DNA of 64,000 nucleotides from Basidiobolus meristosporus CBS 931.73 (lineage: Eukaryota > Fungi > Basidiobolomycota), in contig MCFE01000099.1 of the NCBI GenBank assembly GCA_002104905.1, positions 1-64,000 on the forward strand, in the 5' to 3' direction. This document shows, piece after piece, positions 1-12,503 of the stretch; position 1 is the stretch's first letter, and each line of letters starts with the position of its first letter. The notes beneath the pieces were generated by a model. It saw only the letters and a list, made by a program, of their open reading frames with translations. It was not told where the DNA came from and did not search any database. Position numbers and translations under genes: made by a program.

Positions 1-596
1 TTCACGGAATTCTGAATGATGCCGTCCTGATACACACCCATCAACCCAAGGACCTTAAGCACACGCGGATGTATCTTCTTGCGGCCGTCTGCAACGATAC
101 ACACCACTGCCTTTTGCCATCCTTGGTTCCCCCATACACGTGATTTGGAGCGCTTGCAAAGGTGATGTATATTCTTCAAAACACCGGTAAATGTTTTGAT
201 GAATAGCTCATCATCCTCGTTGTACATAGTCATCACAATGAATAATTCAGTCTGTCTTCCGTATAGTGCTGGCCTCAATGTATACCTCTCCTTTAGGAAG
301 TAGTCTGGATCACAGGTGGCCGCCGTGTATCTCATTTGAGTAAACTCCTCATGGTCAGCAAAGGGAACATTTTGTAGAACCTTGTCAGGAACTGGGCAAT
401 CTATCACCAGGTTTCCGGAGGTCAATTCTACATATTTGAGATTGCGTTGGCGCTCCTCCATGAATTGGCGAAATCGCCTTGCGTTGGGAGGCGGAGCATT
501 CTTCTCGTCATAAAGATCTTCAAGATTGGGCCCAGGAGTGATTCCTTGACCTGGTGCTTGATAATCAAATTTCTCCGCCTTTTTTTGGGGCTTCAT
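1..596 (-). CDS. CHS: Chitin synthase (division 1, class I/II/III type), N-terminal part; gene runs off the left edge; true start uncertain
   Basis: Minus-strand frame reads [14 protein letters not shown]...[16 protein letters not shown]...[17 protein letters not shown]...[34 protein letters not shown], the conserved Chitin_synth_1N/Chitin_synth_1 motifs. Nearest in-frame ATG is 596; an upstream exon is possible. Confidence 0.92.
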   Translation of the reverse strand, partial: MKPQKKAEKFDYQAPGQGITPGPNLEDLYDEKNAPPPNARRFRQFMEERQRNLKYVELTSGNLVIDCPVPDKVLQNVPFADHEEFTQMRYTAATCDPDYFLKERYTLRPALYGRQTELFIVMTMYNEDDELFIKTFTGVLKNIHHLCKRSKSRVWGNQGWQKAVVCIVADGRKKIHPRVLKVLGLMGVYQDGIIQNSV

Positions 597-2149
597 TACT
601 GCTAGAAAGTCTCGAATAGATGTTGAAGAGGTGGCAGGTAGCTCTGATCAGGATATAGCAGAAATAACGGATTCTGCGGAGTAGAGTGAGCCTTGGTTTT
701 GATCGATCTACGGGTTGCGACTGAAGTGTCTGGTACTATGGTCAAGAGGAACTTAATAATCAGGGGCTCATGCTGCCACCACCTCTTATATTCTTGCTAG
801 AAGGTATCAGTGTATTGGATGGTCACTGCCTACTAGGAAATTTCAGCATTGTTGCGTGATCTCCATACTGCGTTGACAATGATGAAGATTTCAACTTTGC
901 CTATTGTACAATCAGCGGGCCGCATCATGTATGGAGAATTTTCACAATGGTCAATTCAGCAACGCTTACTATTGATCCGAGGTGGCATATTTTCATCTAT
1001 AGAATCAGCTGCAAGTCCTGGGCTGGGATTGCCTGGGAGTTAATGAACGCCTTTATCCGGTCAAGGTCCACATTGGAATCTATACAAAGATAGTGGTTTT
1101 GTAAGCATACAACCCCTCTCGATCAAGCATGTTCCAGTATAATGTGATGATCAACACTCACTACCTTCGATCAAGCATACACGGCCAATAGTTTTTCAGA
1201 TTTTAAATGGAGTTGATTACCTTTTTGATCTCACCTGCAATCCATTTCAAGTTAGAAAGGTCTTGTAAAAGCCGAATAGACATTCTGCCCAATACGGGCC
1301 CATGATTTAAACAACCTGACTCCAGTGACTTGTAAACCAATTTGACACTTCGAACAGAAACCTTGGAAGTCTAGGTAACATGGTGACTATTCCGGAGACC
1401 CCAATGCACCCGGCTTTGGTCCCTTAAGGATCTGTATATGCTTTATTCAGGTTTCAGCAGCACCGCTTTGAAATGTGTGCTGCTTCATAGCTAAGCTACC
1501 CCTACTTCCGAAATCAAGGGCAATTTCCATCACTGTATTTATCACCGATCCAAGTTGGTGCCAAACCCCAAATTCTCGAGTTTACAGCAGAGAAGAGAGT
1601 GGACCGATCTATTTTAAGCTACATATTACAGAAAAGTGAGCAAAGCCGAAATTGAGGAATTTCTGGCGCAATTTCAATGATACTCCAAAAGGAAAACTTA
1701 TTCGAGGCGGTCTTGGCATACCTTCCTAGGCAATCTTGCATTCACCAGTCCAATAATCTGTGACCACCAGCTCTGATCTGTATACTTGGTATATATGACC
1801 CATCAGAAAAGGATGTTATCGTCCTACATTAGTAATGATCGAATGCGGTTAATTTGAAGTCTAATTAGGATAGTAGAAGTAACTCAGGAATCGTACAACC
1901 TGTTCTTGGCCAAGAAGGTTGCGCGGAATTATGTATCCTTGGCAATGTCTTGGTATTTTTTGGATGTTTCATTTAAAAGCAAATATGGATTGCTCTGATG
2001 GACGAAAGAGCTTTATAATTGTACATTCTTCTCGACATATTTTGCCTCGCATACCCTAGCAACCACGCATTAACGCTTCAATCTGATTATAGCACTAGTC
2101 AATCTCTCCTCTACACTATTCGATTCTCAGTCACCCTATCTAGTATATA

Positions 2150-2680
2150 ATGAAACGGGCAGAAACTCTTCGCATTGGATTAGCGTGCACCCCTGTAAAT
2201 AGCAAAACCGTTCGCTCTATTACAGGTATTGTGTGCTTCTTGTCTACCATTCAATCACGCACCATCTAAGTTTATGAAACAGATGTTACTATTCTGTTGA
2301 TTCAGGCAATACTACAAGCTACCAGCTCCAAAACATCCGATGAAAATTCCCTACGAGCCTTTATATTTCGCATGATTCGGTGTAGTTCGTTGACGTTAAG
2401 CCATTTGCTCTGTGCAAGCATCTACTTATTACGCCTGAATCAAACCCGGCCGACAGTTTCGATCATGCATAATGGGAAGCAACTTTTCCTGTCTGCATTA
2501 ATACTATCTCACAAATTCCTAGATGATACGACCAAGTCCACCCGATTTTGGTCACGGTGTAGCGGCTTGCCGATCCCAGAAATAATACAAATTGAGTGGG
2601 AAATGTTTAGATTACTTGAATTCAATCTGAACGTTAGCTCCATCGCATTTGAGAAATGGGCTGCCCTTATGACAGCCTGA
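2150..2680 (+). CDS. Pho80/Pcl-like cyclin (2 exons: 2150-2225, 2283-2680)
   Basis: Cyclin-box motifs LLCASIYLLRL, LFLSALILSHKFLDD, FWSRCSGL, EWEMFRLLEFNLNV. A 57-nt GTATTG...CTAAG...CAG intron joins an upstream ATG exon in frame. Confidence 0.85.
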
Positions 2681-3299
2681 CACGCCAATCCGCGCATCTT
2701 GAACGCTCGAAGGAGCACGCTCGACCTGACCCTGTTACATATAGCTATTGCTAAATTACTGCAAGGATATCTAATACCAGGCTCCCTAATCAACCATTTC
2801 AAATTCTTCATTACACTAGGCACTTACCTTCATGATGGTAGATGGTACTACTATATTCTGGGATACATTATATACACGTAAAGTTGTCTTGATCTATTCC
2901 GACACATTTAGTCACCTGACTAGTTTTGATCGCAAACCTAAACCTGTATAAATTATAATAAAAATTGAACGAATTGATTAGCTTGAGTTTATCAATGCTT
3001 CAAATGATTGAATAGATCTTTTTGGATAGGCAAATGATGCTATTGTATAGTATATATACGTGTCCCGCAAAATACTGAATATGATATCTAACCTTCTACC
3101 GCCATTGGAATCAACTCCATCGAATTCGTTGTATTTTTATTCAGCGTAGTGCAAATCTATTTATATTTCACATCCACATTTGACAGCACCTCAACAAGTA
3201 GTTGCCCTCTCATGTAACCCAACAATACGATCGCAAGTGAACACAGCTGCAGTTGGCTAGCTTGAGACAATCATCAGGCTGGAGACACGATGATAAACC

Positions 3300-4090
3300 A
3301 AGAGTGATACAATATATTTATTCCACCTTGCCATCATGATACCATCGTTCTGACGAACTGTATTGCACCATCGGTGACCGTTCTCACTAGACAAATAGCA
3401 ACTGGGATTCTCTTTTTAACCCTAAATAATTGAGAATAGTCCCACCATGGATGCCACATATTTAGGGTTACTCACTAATCACATGATCCAACGTAGGTTT
3501 TTCCAAATAGGATTTCTAATACGGGCGCTTTTACCAAATGGGACTCCGACTACATTCTGAATCAAGTGTATTTACAAACCAAAATAGCAGCGGCTGTCCC
3601 ACTCCATGTGCTCAAAGACATGTTGCAGATAATAAGCATCCCATGGCAGCTAATTTACCACACATGGAAAGTTTATGTAACACATGTTTCATTCATACGA
3701 GACTAACCAGACCGCATATCAGTGGCATGGTTTGACCAAGCAGTGGCATATCCATAGGTAAGAGTTACTATAGCTTCGCCAATCACCAGCAACCTGGGCC
3801 AAGCGGCACTCAGTATTGTGCCATTACCCAGACCTCCATGTCAATAAACATCATGATGAGTAAATAAGCAAGAGCCAATGCTTTATGCCACTTAGTATCA
3901 ATTGTTTTGTTGCTCAAAACATGGGTACCAACGCCAGTATCCAAGTAAGCATTGTGCGAGACATCGGTTTCACCGACTTGTCTCACTAGCAGCATCATGC
4001 TGGCAGGAAGTGGAGATGGTTGACATGAACTATTCATCTTGAGAAAACCCTGCCCAACGTGAGCACCTAGCAGCCAATTACCGTGCACTG
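3300..4090 (-). mobile_element. Possible highly decayed Ty1/copia pol remnant
   Basis: Fragment YLDTGVGTHVLSNK resembles the copia protease motif (WxLDSGAxxHM), with weak downstream echoes of GAG-pre-integrase and integrase motifs broken by stops and frameshifts. Judged by eye only. Confidence 0.25.
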
Positions 4091-5267
4091 CAGGTATTAC
4101 CCTGCCACCTATGAGGGGAGGCCATTTTTCCCATTCTATTTACTATTAGAGATTTCTGGTATGTCTGACGTCACGACCAGTTGGATGTACCGATGATGTC
4201 AGGGAGAGCCTCAAAATGAGCACACCCTTAGGAGACTTGAATCACATATTTGACTTGGACATGACTGCCATTTGTGTACAGGTTATAGAGCGAATCGTTT
4301 ATGCATGATTAAAATTGAGGTGGATTGATAATTGGCCACGTTTTCCCGAAAATGCAATTTTGAACAGTCCACTCATTGTCTCATCATGGACTGCTGCATT
4401 GTGAGCGCAAATTCGCACACATGAGCTTATCAATCCAAGTCTGAATTCCGATACGGCAATGGTGGAGACAGATCAAAGGTGGAGGTCATAACGAAGCTAG
4501 CAAATCATGTGAGAGATTCGCGTTCGGCAATTCAGCTAATTGGGGGGGGGGCTTGGAGAACCCATCCCTGAAATCTGATGAGTGTTTCAAAAGGCCTTCG
4601 GTTACGTCCATCGTTTGGTCTTGACATTGTGGCTGTATATTACTCATCTATGAACATAATTGGCACTGATTAGGGATCATAGGAAATAACTTCTAGGGCA
4701 CAAACAATTGGAATATGCCAATACTTTTTGATCACTTGCAAGTTATAGTCACCCTATTTAGATGTTCTGGTAGTTAATTGCCATGGGGGACCCCTCAACC
4801 TTGGTAGACCAGGATTATTTTTACTTTATTCATACATTATCCGACGCCTCCTTTGTTATCTAACCCAAGTTTGGCTCTGAGGACTTCCTATATCATAAGC
4901 ATTGATACACATTTTTCTGAACCGAAACTGCTTTACCCTCGATTTTCTCGCCACCGCTTATTTCCTTGCTTCTCGCTTTTATTCAACTTTCGCTGCAACA
5001 CCCACGTTTTACTGGTATATATCTTCATTTTTTCATTGCTCTTTTGACTTTGGTGGCCTAAAGTAATATACGATTGGTTGGGCATAACGGTATCGTTTGA
5101 GTTGGCCTCAGTCACCCATGTCTCACCAACTCTTGATGCGTACTTCAGTTAGTTTGTTAGCCAACTGGACGTGATTCTCGAATGCCTATGTGCAACACTG
5201 TTAATCTTGACACTTCTAAAGCCGTCATACTAAATCAACTTCATAGTATTTTCCTGTTTAGAACAAT

Positions 5268-7298
5268 ATGTCAGCTATCACCGATAAAGAACAAGTTGGA
5301 AATCCTGTTTCTACCCAACCAGAGGATACTTTGGATACTAATCTTCCGACAGTCACTGACGGCTCAGGAAGCTTGTCAAAGTCCAAGAAAAAGAAAAATA
5401 AGAAGAAGAAGAAGAACGCAAACCAAGCAAACGCTGAATCTATCTCAGAAGTCACAACTGCACCTGACGCACCTATCTCTACAAATCAGTCCATAGTAGC
5501 TGGTAAGGAACTCTCAAATCCATTAAAATAACGAGAATCCAACCTGGCGTTCAAATTTGTAGATACCATTGATGAAAACGTTGTTGAGGGTAAAGAATCT
5601 GGCGAATTACCCAAGGTTGATAGGGCCTTAGAGGATGTACCTGAGAAGAAGATTTCGCTTCAGGAGCTAGATCACACCGATTCTAAGGAGGTTGATTCCA
5701 GCAAAGATTCCAAAGCCCCCGAAATAACAAAGGGTACAACACTTGATACCACTGAAGCAATCGCAGATAAAACTGCTGTCGCCGTTGCTGCTACTCAAGA
5801 TAAGGCTAGCGAGATTCACGAAGCTGCGAAGGAGAAGGTTGATGAGGCATCTGATACCACTACTAAAGCATTCGAGGCCTCAAAGGAGCTAGCAGCTGAC
5901 ACTGCAGCTTCAGTTCAAGAAAAAGCGAAAGATGCGCACGAAGCTTCAAAGCAAAAAGTATCAGACTCAATGGAGGCAGCTCAAGAAAAAGCCGGGGAAA
6001 CCTTGGAATCTGTTCAACACCAATCGGCTTCTATCAGCGAAACAGCTCAAGAAAAAGCTGAAGAGACCTTGGAATCTGCCAAACAGCAAACAGCTGCTAT
6101 CAGTGAGGTAGCTAAAGAGAAAGCTGGAGAAGCTTTGGAATCGGCAAAACAGCAAACGGCCGTTGTCAGTGAGGTGGCTCAAGAAAAAGGTGGAGAGACT
6201 TTGGAATCTGCTAAACAGCAATCGGCTGCCATCAGCGAGGCAGCTAAAGAGAAAGTCGTCTCCGTTGCTGATGCTACTCGGGAAAAAGTTGGTACAGCCT
6301 CTGAAACAGCAGCTGAGGCATACCAGGCTACAAAACAAGAGGCAGCAAATGTCGCTGAAGCTAGCAAGGAAAAGGCTTCTGAATTTTGTAATACAGCATC
6401 TGAAGTTTATAATGATAGTAAAGAGAAGGCCGCTGAAGGTGTTGATGTCGTCAAAGAACAGGCAGCAACTACAGCAGAAGATGCCAAGGAAATGTATTCC
6501 GAGATCAGCACCGCTGTAACTGAATCCTACGTGGCGGCCAAAGAACAGGTTGCAGAAGCTGCGGAGGCCACTAAGGTTGTTGCTTCTGAAGTTGTTGAAC
6601 TTCTCTCTCAGGCTGTTGAAACTACTAAAGCTAAAGCTGCAGATCTTGCTAACGCCAGTAAAGAAAAAGCTGCGGAATTTATTGCTGCTGCCGAGCCTAC
6701 TATAGAAGCCACAAAGAAACAAGCCGCAGAGTTTGCAGAAACCACGCAAGCTAAAGCTACAGAATTTGCGGAAGCATCTGAGCAAAAGTTGAACGAGTTT
6801 ACGTCTTATATTTCAAAGAATGCCGATGAAGCCGAGGAAGCCATCGTTGCCAAAAGCCAGGCTACTGAGCCCATTACCACTGAACCTCTAATTGTGAAAC
6901 CTGTTGTTGAAAAGAAATCCATCGATGTTGAACAATCACCGTTAAGCACCACAGAGGTTCCCAGAGCCAATGAGCAACTCATCGCTGGGGCTGAATTAAA
7001 GGGCAAACAACTTGCTGACTCGGTTGATGTCATGGCTGATGATGTTCAAGCCAAGATTGCGGAGGCTGTCGAGTCAGTTGAAGCAACAAATGCTGCCCCG
7101 GTTTCGAAAGCCACCACCCTGCCACCCAAGCAGCTTGGTCAGGTTCAAGAAACTGAGACTCAGGCCAGGCCTTCCTCAATGGTAGAACCATTACGAAAAG
7201 AAGCTAAAGGACGCCCTCATTCTGTTGCTTCTACCTCAGCCCTCTCTGACCACAAGGCAACCCCAGCCAAGAAGAAGAACATGTGTATAATTTGCTGA
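5268..7298 (+). CDS. Large Ala/Glu/Lys/Thr-rich LEA-like repeat protein (~656 aa; exons 5268-5502, 5563-7298) with C-terminal CaaX-like motif
   Basis: ORFs 5268-5531 and 5970-7298 share a frame; a 60-nt GTAAGG...TTGTAG intron (5503-5562) removes the in-frame TAA. Hydrophilic, with 11/22-aa repeats; ends KKKNMCIIC*. Confidence 0.8.
5979..6260 (+). repeat. Four-plus tandem 66-nt (22-aa) coding repeats
   Basis: AQEKAGETLESVQHQSASISET / AQEKAEETLESAKQQTAAISEV / AKEKAGEALESAKQQTAVVSEV / AQEKGGETLESAKQQSAAISEA / AKEK. Confidence 0.9.
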
Positions 7299-8251
7299 AG
7301 CACTCAACTCCAACGTGTTTTCCTACACTTTGCCAATCAATTTCCCCTTCTCGGTTTTATTTGATGTATTCACTCTTTTTCTTCAATGTAGTTCTGTTTT
7401 GAAATTTCCTACTTACCAAACTCAATCTGTACCACCTAGATTGATAGTCCTAGTTTATTTTCGGAAAGCAGTCAAGGGAATTAAACATACTGAAACCACA
7501 TGTCCTCTTGATTATTCTGTGACACACAACCATGGAATCCGTGAACTCTGGACCTGCTGTATCCTATTCATATGCTTGGTTGCCATTAGATGAATATCCA
7601 GTATCAAATTGTATTTTAATATGAGTTGGGAATTTCGTGGGTGGCGAACCAAGAAATCTTATTTTATCAGGAGCGACTAAATTCCGCTGATAGAGTTTGC
7701 ATTCTAGATTGGCTGATTGGAGCCTCTACCTAGCCAAGCCATTGTGCATGCTAACAGGAATAGAGAGATACCAACGCTGCAGCCATGCCGCCACAGTGCA
7801 CATATATAGTGGTGGATACAGGCATAGTATCTGGTGATTCCTAATACACGCACTTACTTATTGCATCGGCTCATTGCTGAGGACATGGTGGTTTTGATTC
7901 ATCCCTCCACCCAGCACTAGTGAGTAAAGAGAATGTTGTTGGCATGTGTTGCTATGGGCTTGAAATATATGAGCTGTTTGACAAGGTATTCAGCAAACCA
8001 GTAATTTCATCGGATCTGACAGTGGTATGATAAATGAAATATCAATATAAGAGTTGATACAAAGGCGGTAACACAATATTAATAAATCGCCATATTTGGG
8101 GAATCTACTTGATTGCAGAGCTACGGGTGTGCTTCTCCATACTGGCCCACGACCGACATCATCTTTATATACACTATATTTGTTGCTTCCCGCTGTCGTT
8201 TCTTTCAGTGGCCACTCCCAAAAAGTGTTAAAGCGTCCACAACCAAGTGTC

Positions 8252-9033
8252 ATGTTCGGAGCAGTAACTAGAGAAACACAACACCTTCTATCTTACACAA
8301 ACACCCACACACAAGGTATACCCGAGTCATTCAACGCCACGAGAGTTGCTGGAGTTGCAACAATTAAATCTATCTGGGAAGACTTTAAAGTAAAGAATGA
8401 ATCGATAATTGCCTAGAGAACGGCCAAAATATTCACCTATTTCAACCGCTCAACAGCACTTCATCGATAAAGGAAACGTATTCGGGCTAGCTGTAGGTGT
8501 TGTTACAGGGGCTGCCTTTGGTAAGCTTTTGGACTCCCTGGTGAATGACATTATTACACCGCCTTTGGGTTTGCTGTTAGGTAAATTTTTCTGACAGATT
8601 GTGAAATACGGACTGCTAAAGAGAAACTATTTCTTCAGGTGCTGCCAACTTTGAAAATCTGTTCGTCGTCTTAAAATATCCAAAGGGCGGCCCTACCAAC
8701 TACAACACCATCAAGCTTGCTCAAGAGAGTGGTGCGGTGACTTGGAATCTAGGGCTGTTCATTCAGAACCTATGCAACTTCCTAATAGTAAGCTTTGCCA
8801 TTTACTGGATGGTGCGAGGTAAGGACCCGTTTATCTGAATACCCTTTCTTCCAGCTTGCTGAAAGCTGAAATATTCCACTCTTACAGTCTTACAGATATT
8901 TAACAAAGAGGAGATCATAAACACTCAAGTTGCTTGTAAATTTTGCCAAGAAAAGATAGATAAGAGAGCGTTGCGTTGCCAACATTGTACTTCCTGGTTA
9001 AACGGCAAAGAAACGGGTTTCGAAGAGGAATAA
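8252..9033 (+). CDS. mscL: Large-conductance mechanosensitive channel MscL homolog (exons 8252-8389, 8457-8580, 8639-8818, 8888-9033)
   Basis: Spliced product has [49 protein letters not shown] (S1 helix + TM1) and [24 protein letters not shown] (TM2), then CKFC-x10-CQHCTSWL. Three canonical GT-AG introns keep the frame. Confidence 0.92.
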
Positions 9034-9654
9034 ACTCAAGGACAGCATAATGTTAATCACGTGCGAATCACCCTTTTATCCAAATTGGCATGATCAAGTT
9101 ACTTGATTACGAGGTTGTCAGAGATGGCCATGGTTGAGGGAATTTCTGGCCCTAGCAGTAAGTAGCGGGTTTTGGAAGGAAAAATCCGATTGTCATTTTA
9201 GTAACAAAGAATCCCATGAATACTACGGAAACCTTTTTTTCCTCTACCAGATATAAATACCACTGATGATGATGTGTATCAGTATGGCAGGCGTCCCCCT
9301 TGTGCGGTATTTCAGGATTCCACTAGATTCCGCCTTGGGTCATTCGCAATTTTGTCCTTTGACAACCTTGTCAGATGGTAAATAGCTGTTAGTTTGAGGC
9401 TCACGTTTCATCACCAAAAAGCGTGGGTTATAGGAATGCAGCACATATCTCATTATACCTCGGTATAATAATTATTATTATTATTGAATTCGTACGCAAT
9501 CAAATTCCGTGTCCAAACAATCACGGCGTGTGATAGTCACGCAGCGCTTTGTAGGTGCTAAGTTTCTTAATGAGTAATGTTCCTACACTTGAATGTGATG
9601 CTCTCACCTAACGTTTGTTTTATTTGACTTCTTGTTGGAATTCAACCAGCGAAT

Positions 9655-10895
9655 TTATAGCTTGCTCTTGACGATTTCGTCTGAGATCTTTACGAGCATT
9701 TTACCTGTGTTAACTCCTTTGAAAAGATCCAATAATCCTTGAGGCGCATTCTCCAAGCCTTCCACGATATGCTCCTTAGACTTGAGCTTCCCATCCAAGA
9801 TCCAGTCGGTCATTTTGGCGATAGCCTGTGGGTATTTGTCCTTGTAATCAAACACAATAAAGCCCTCCATCTTGGCGCGCTGTGAAATAAGGTTCATGTA
9901 CTTCTGGGGCCCGTAGGGTTTTGCAGTGTTGTACTGAGAGATACCACCGCAAACAACAATCCTGCCATTAAGGTTGATACGCTCCAAAGCATAGTCCAGT
10001 GTTTTGCCCCCCACGTTGTCGAAATAGACATCGACGAATTTTGGCGTGGCTTGGACAAACTCCTTGTGGTAGTCGGGTGATTTGTAATTCAGCGCCACAT
10101 CGAATCCAAGTTCCTCTTTAAGCCAACGACATTTTTCGTCACTTCCAGCAATACCGACAACCCGGCATCCGCATATCTTAGCCATTTGACCGACCACTGA
10201 ACCAGTGGCACCTGCAGCCTACGGAGATGATGCACTGTTAGGCGTGTAGTGATGGAGATCATCTGATGTGTATTACTTACTCCAGATACTACAACCGTAT
10301 CACCAGGCTTGGGTTTACCAACCTCGAAAAATCCGAAAAATCCGGTTAGACCAGTAGTCCCCAAAGTGCTCAGCATAGCTCTAGGAGAGATGCCCTTGGG
10401 AACGCTAGAAACGGTCTTCAGTTGAATGATACAGACTCTTGAGATCGAGCGGAAACATAGAATACTCACTTGACTTTTTTAACCTCGATTCCGTTGGTTA
10501 TGGCATACTCCTGCCAACCAAAAGGGCCCATAACGATATCACCAGGCTTATATTTGGAATTTTGGGAAGCCACAACGGTTCCCAGAGATACGCTCCTCAT
10601 AACACTTCCGATTTCAATTGGGGGAATGTAGGACCGAACTTTATTCATCCAACCTCTTGAAAATTGTGAATTCGTTAGCTCCGCAACCTCATGAACCTCA
10701 TTGTAAAGGACTGTACTGCGCTTACCTCATAGCTGGATCCAGGCTCAGGTAGTGGATCTTGACCAAGAAGGTGCCGAATTTTAAATCTTCACTTCTGGTA
10801 GAGATGGTTTCGGTCACTTCTTTGAAGGTACGGGAGATATCGACCTCCCCCTTGGGGCGCTCCATAAACCGAATCTGTCTATTCAATACCGACAT
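9655..10895 (-). CDS. NADP-dependent MDR oxidoreductase (prostaglandin reductase / alkenal reductase / CurA-like), multi-exon
   Basis: YLSLDPAMR, LSTLGTTGLTGFFG, KPGDTVVVSGAAGATGSVVGQMAKICG, VDVYFDNVGG, GLENAPQGLLDLFKGVNTGKMLVKI; several GT-AG introns. Confidence 0.92.
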
Positions 10896-12503
10896 GTTTT
10901 GCTTCTACTTACTAGGGTGTTAGTTCGCATCGGCAGTAACAGTCGGTATATAAGGAACCTACCGTTCCTCACATGATCCAAATGGGAATTATGGTTATGT
11001 CAGCTATATTCTCGGAGCCCGGCAATTAAGGAGTGGTGGTTGAATAATTTGAAACCAGATGTACCAATCACCCCACGAGGCTGGTTACTGCAGGTTTGAC
11101 AAAGTACCACAATACAAAGAGGGAGGATCAATAGGGATGATATGGTGGACATGGTGGACATGGTACGGTAGGCCCAGTTCTATGGTGCACCCATTAGCCA
11201 GTTCACAAATCCTAGGATACCATCACCATCTCTTATCAATGAGCATTAAAAAAGCAGATGTGGGTCCACCACTGCTACATCATAGATCAAGACCGGAATC
11301 GCTGAATTGAGAAATCAATGTTTGGGCTCATCGATTACCAACCGCCACAATCTCACGCCAACCTTATACAAGCACACCATTATCATTGTCCTAGGGAGAA
11401 GATCGGGCCGACTTCAATGCTGAGTAATGGGATTGAACGACATTCCAGAAGAATCTTGATGCAACTCACCGTAACACCGGCTTGAAAACAGAGTGATCTA
11501 CAGTCAGGGAGGAGAGGCCGTCGCGGATTCTGTCCTTTACAAAGCGGATATCGAAGCCTTGGACGCCTTGCCGTGATTGAGTTTCGTACTTACAGGGCAC
11601 TGATGCGGGTGTACGGCAGCGTGGCTGTGTGCTACATAATGGGATAGGCTCAACCATGCAGAAGGAGTATATTCTCCAGAAATCTGATCGGCTATCTAGC
11701 TACCATTCTTCCGAATCGCCCAACTTAACCCCTCTGGTCTAAAGAGCTAAGGACGCAAAGTACATCTTCAGCTGTATAGTGGGGCGTGGTCTAGTGCATA
11801 CGATGCCACAGTATAGATTCCATACAGATAGAATAGCCATATCTATTTTATTTTAATGTATAGGAAACTTGGGAAAATACCAAAGAATGCAACCTGGCGA
11901 TACCATCGGATGCGCAGAAACCAGTTGCTGCTTTGGGGAATCCAGGTTAAGGGGTATACTTCAATAAAAACGAGGGCATATTGATCGGGAAGCCAAGGAA
12001 TAAAATCATCCTGCCATACACGCGGGTTGAGTTGCGCATGCCGGGAGAATACAAAATGGGGTGGAGACGTGGTCTCAATTAAGAGGTAGCGCGAGTAAGA
12101 AAATGGAAGGATGTTGGTAAGCTAACAAAAATCCATCCCAACTATACCAAGTGTGAAAAGCTTCTTAAATCTAATTGGAGAATTCGCCAACCGAAAGTAA
12201 AAGTATCTGTCAAAATGTGTGCGTTGTATCCAATCTTCAGCACACTGTGTGTTGGGTGGGGGGCGTCTCCTTCAAGAAATACAAATAGCAAAAATGATTT
12301 CAAAAGCGTAGTGGCGTTTCGAACCAGGTAAATAAGCAAGGGAAGTGGTGATATTCGAGGGGGAGGAAATCTATTAAAGGTCGGATTTAAGCCAAGAGGA
12401 TGGTGGGGTCGTGCAGAAAGTATGGCCAAATCAAATCCGGATTCCATAGATTACCATCCACCCAGTAGTGTAAGAGAATCTGATACTGGCTGTTCTTTGA
12501 GCA

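Noticed and set aside
580-740. Possible 1-nt homopolymer frameshift (7 T at 580-586) that would extend the chitin synthase N-terminus by ~50 codons
   Set aside because: Two alternative upstream frames are both open for 50-60 codons and an in-frame ATG exists at 596, so a frameshift cannot be told from an intron or a normal start without reads or RNA-seq.
5967-6785. 272-aa minus-strand Phe/Leu/Cys/Ser-rich ORF
   Set aside because: Antisense shadow of the repetitive LEA-like gene.
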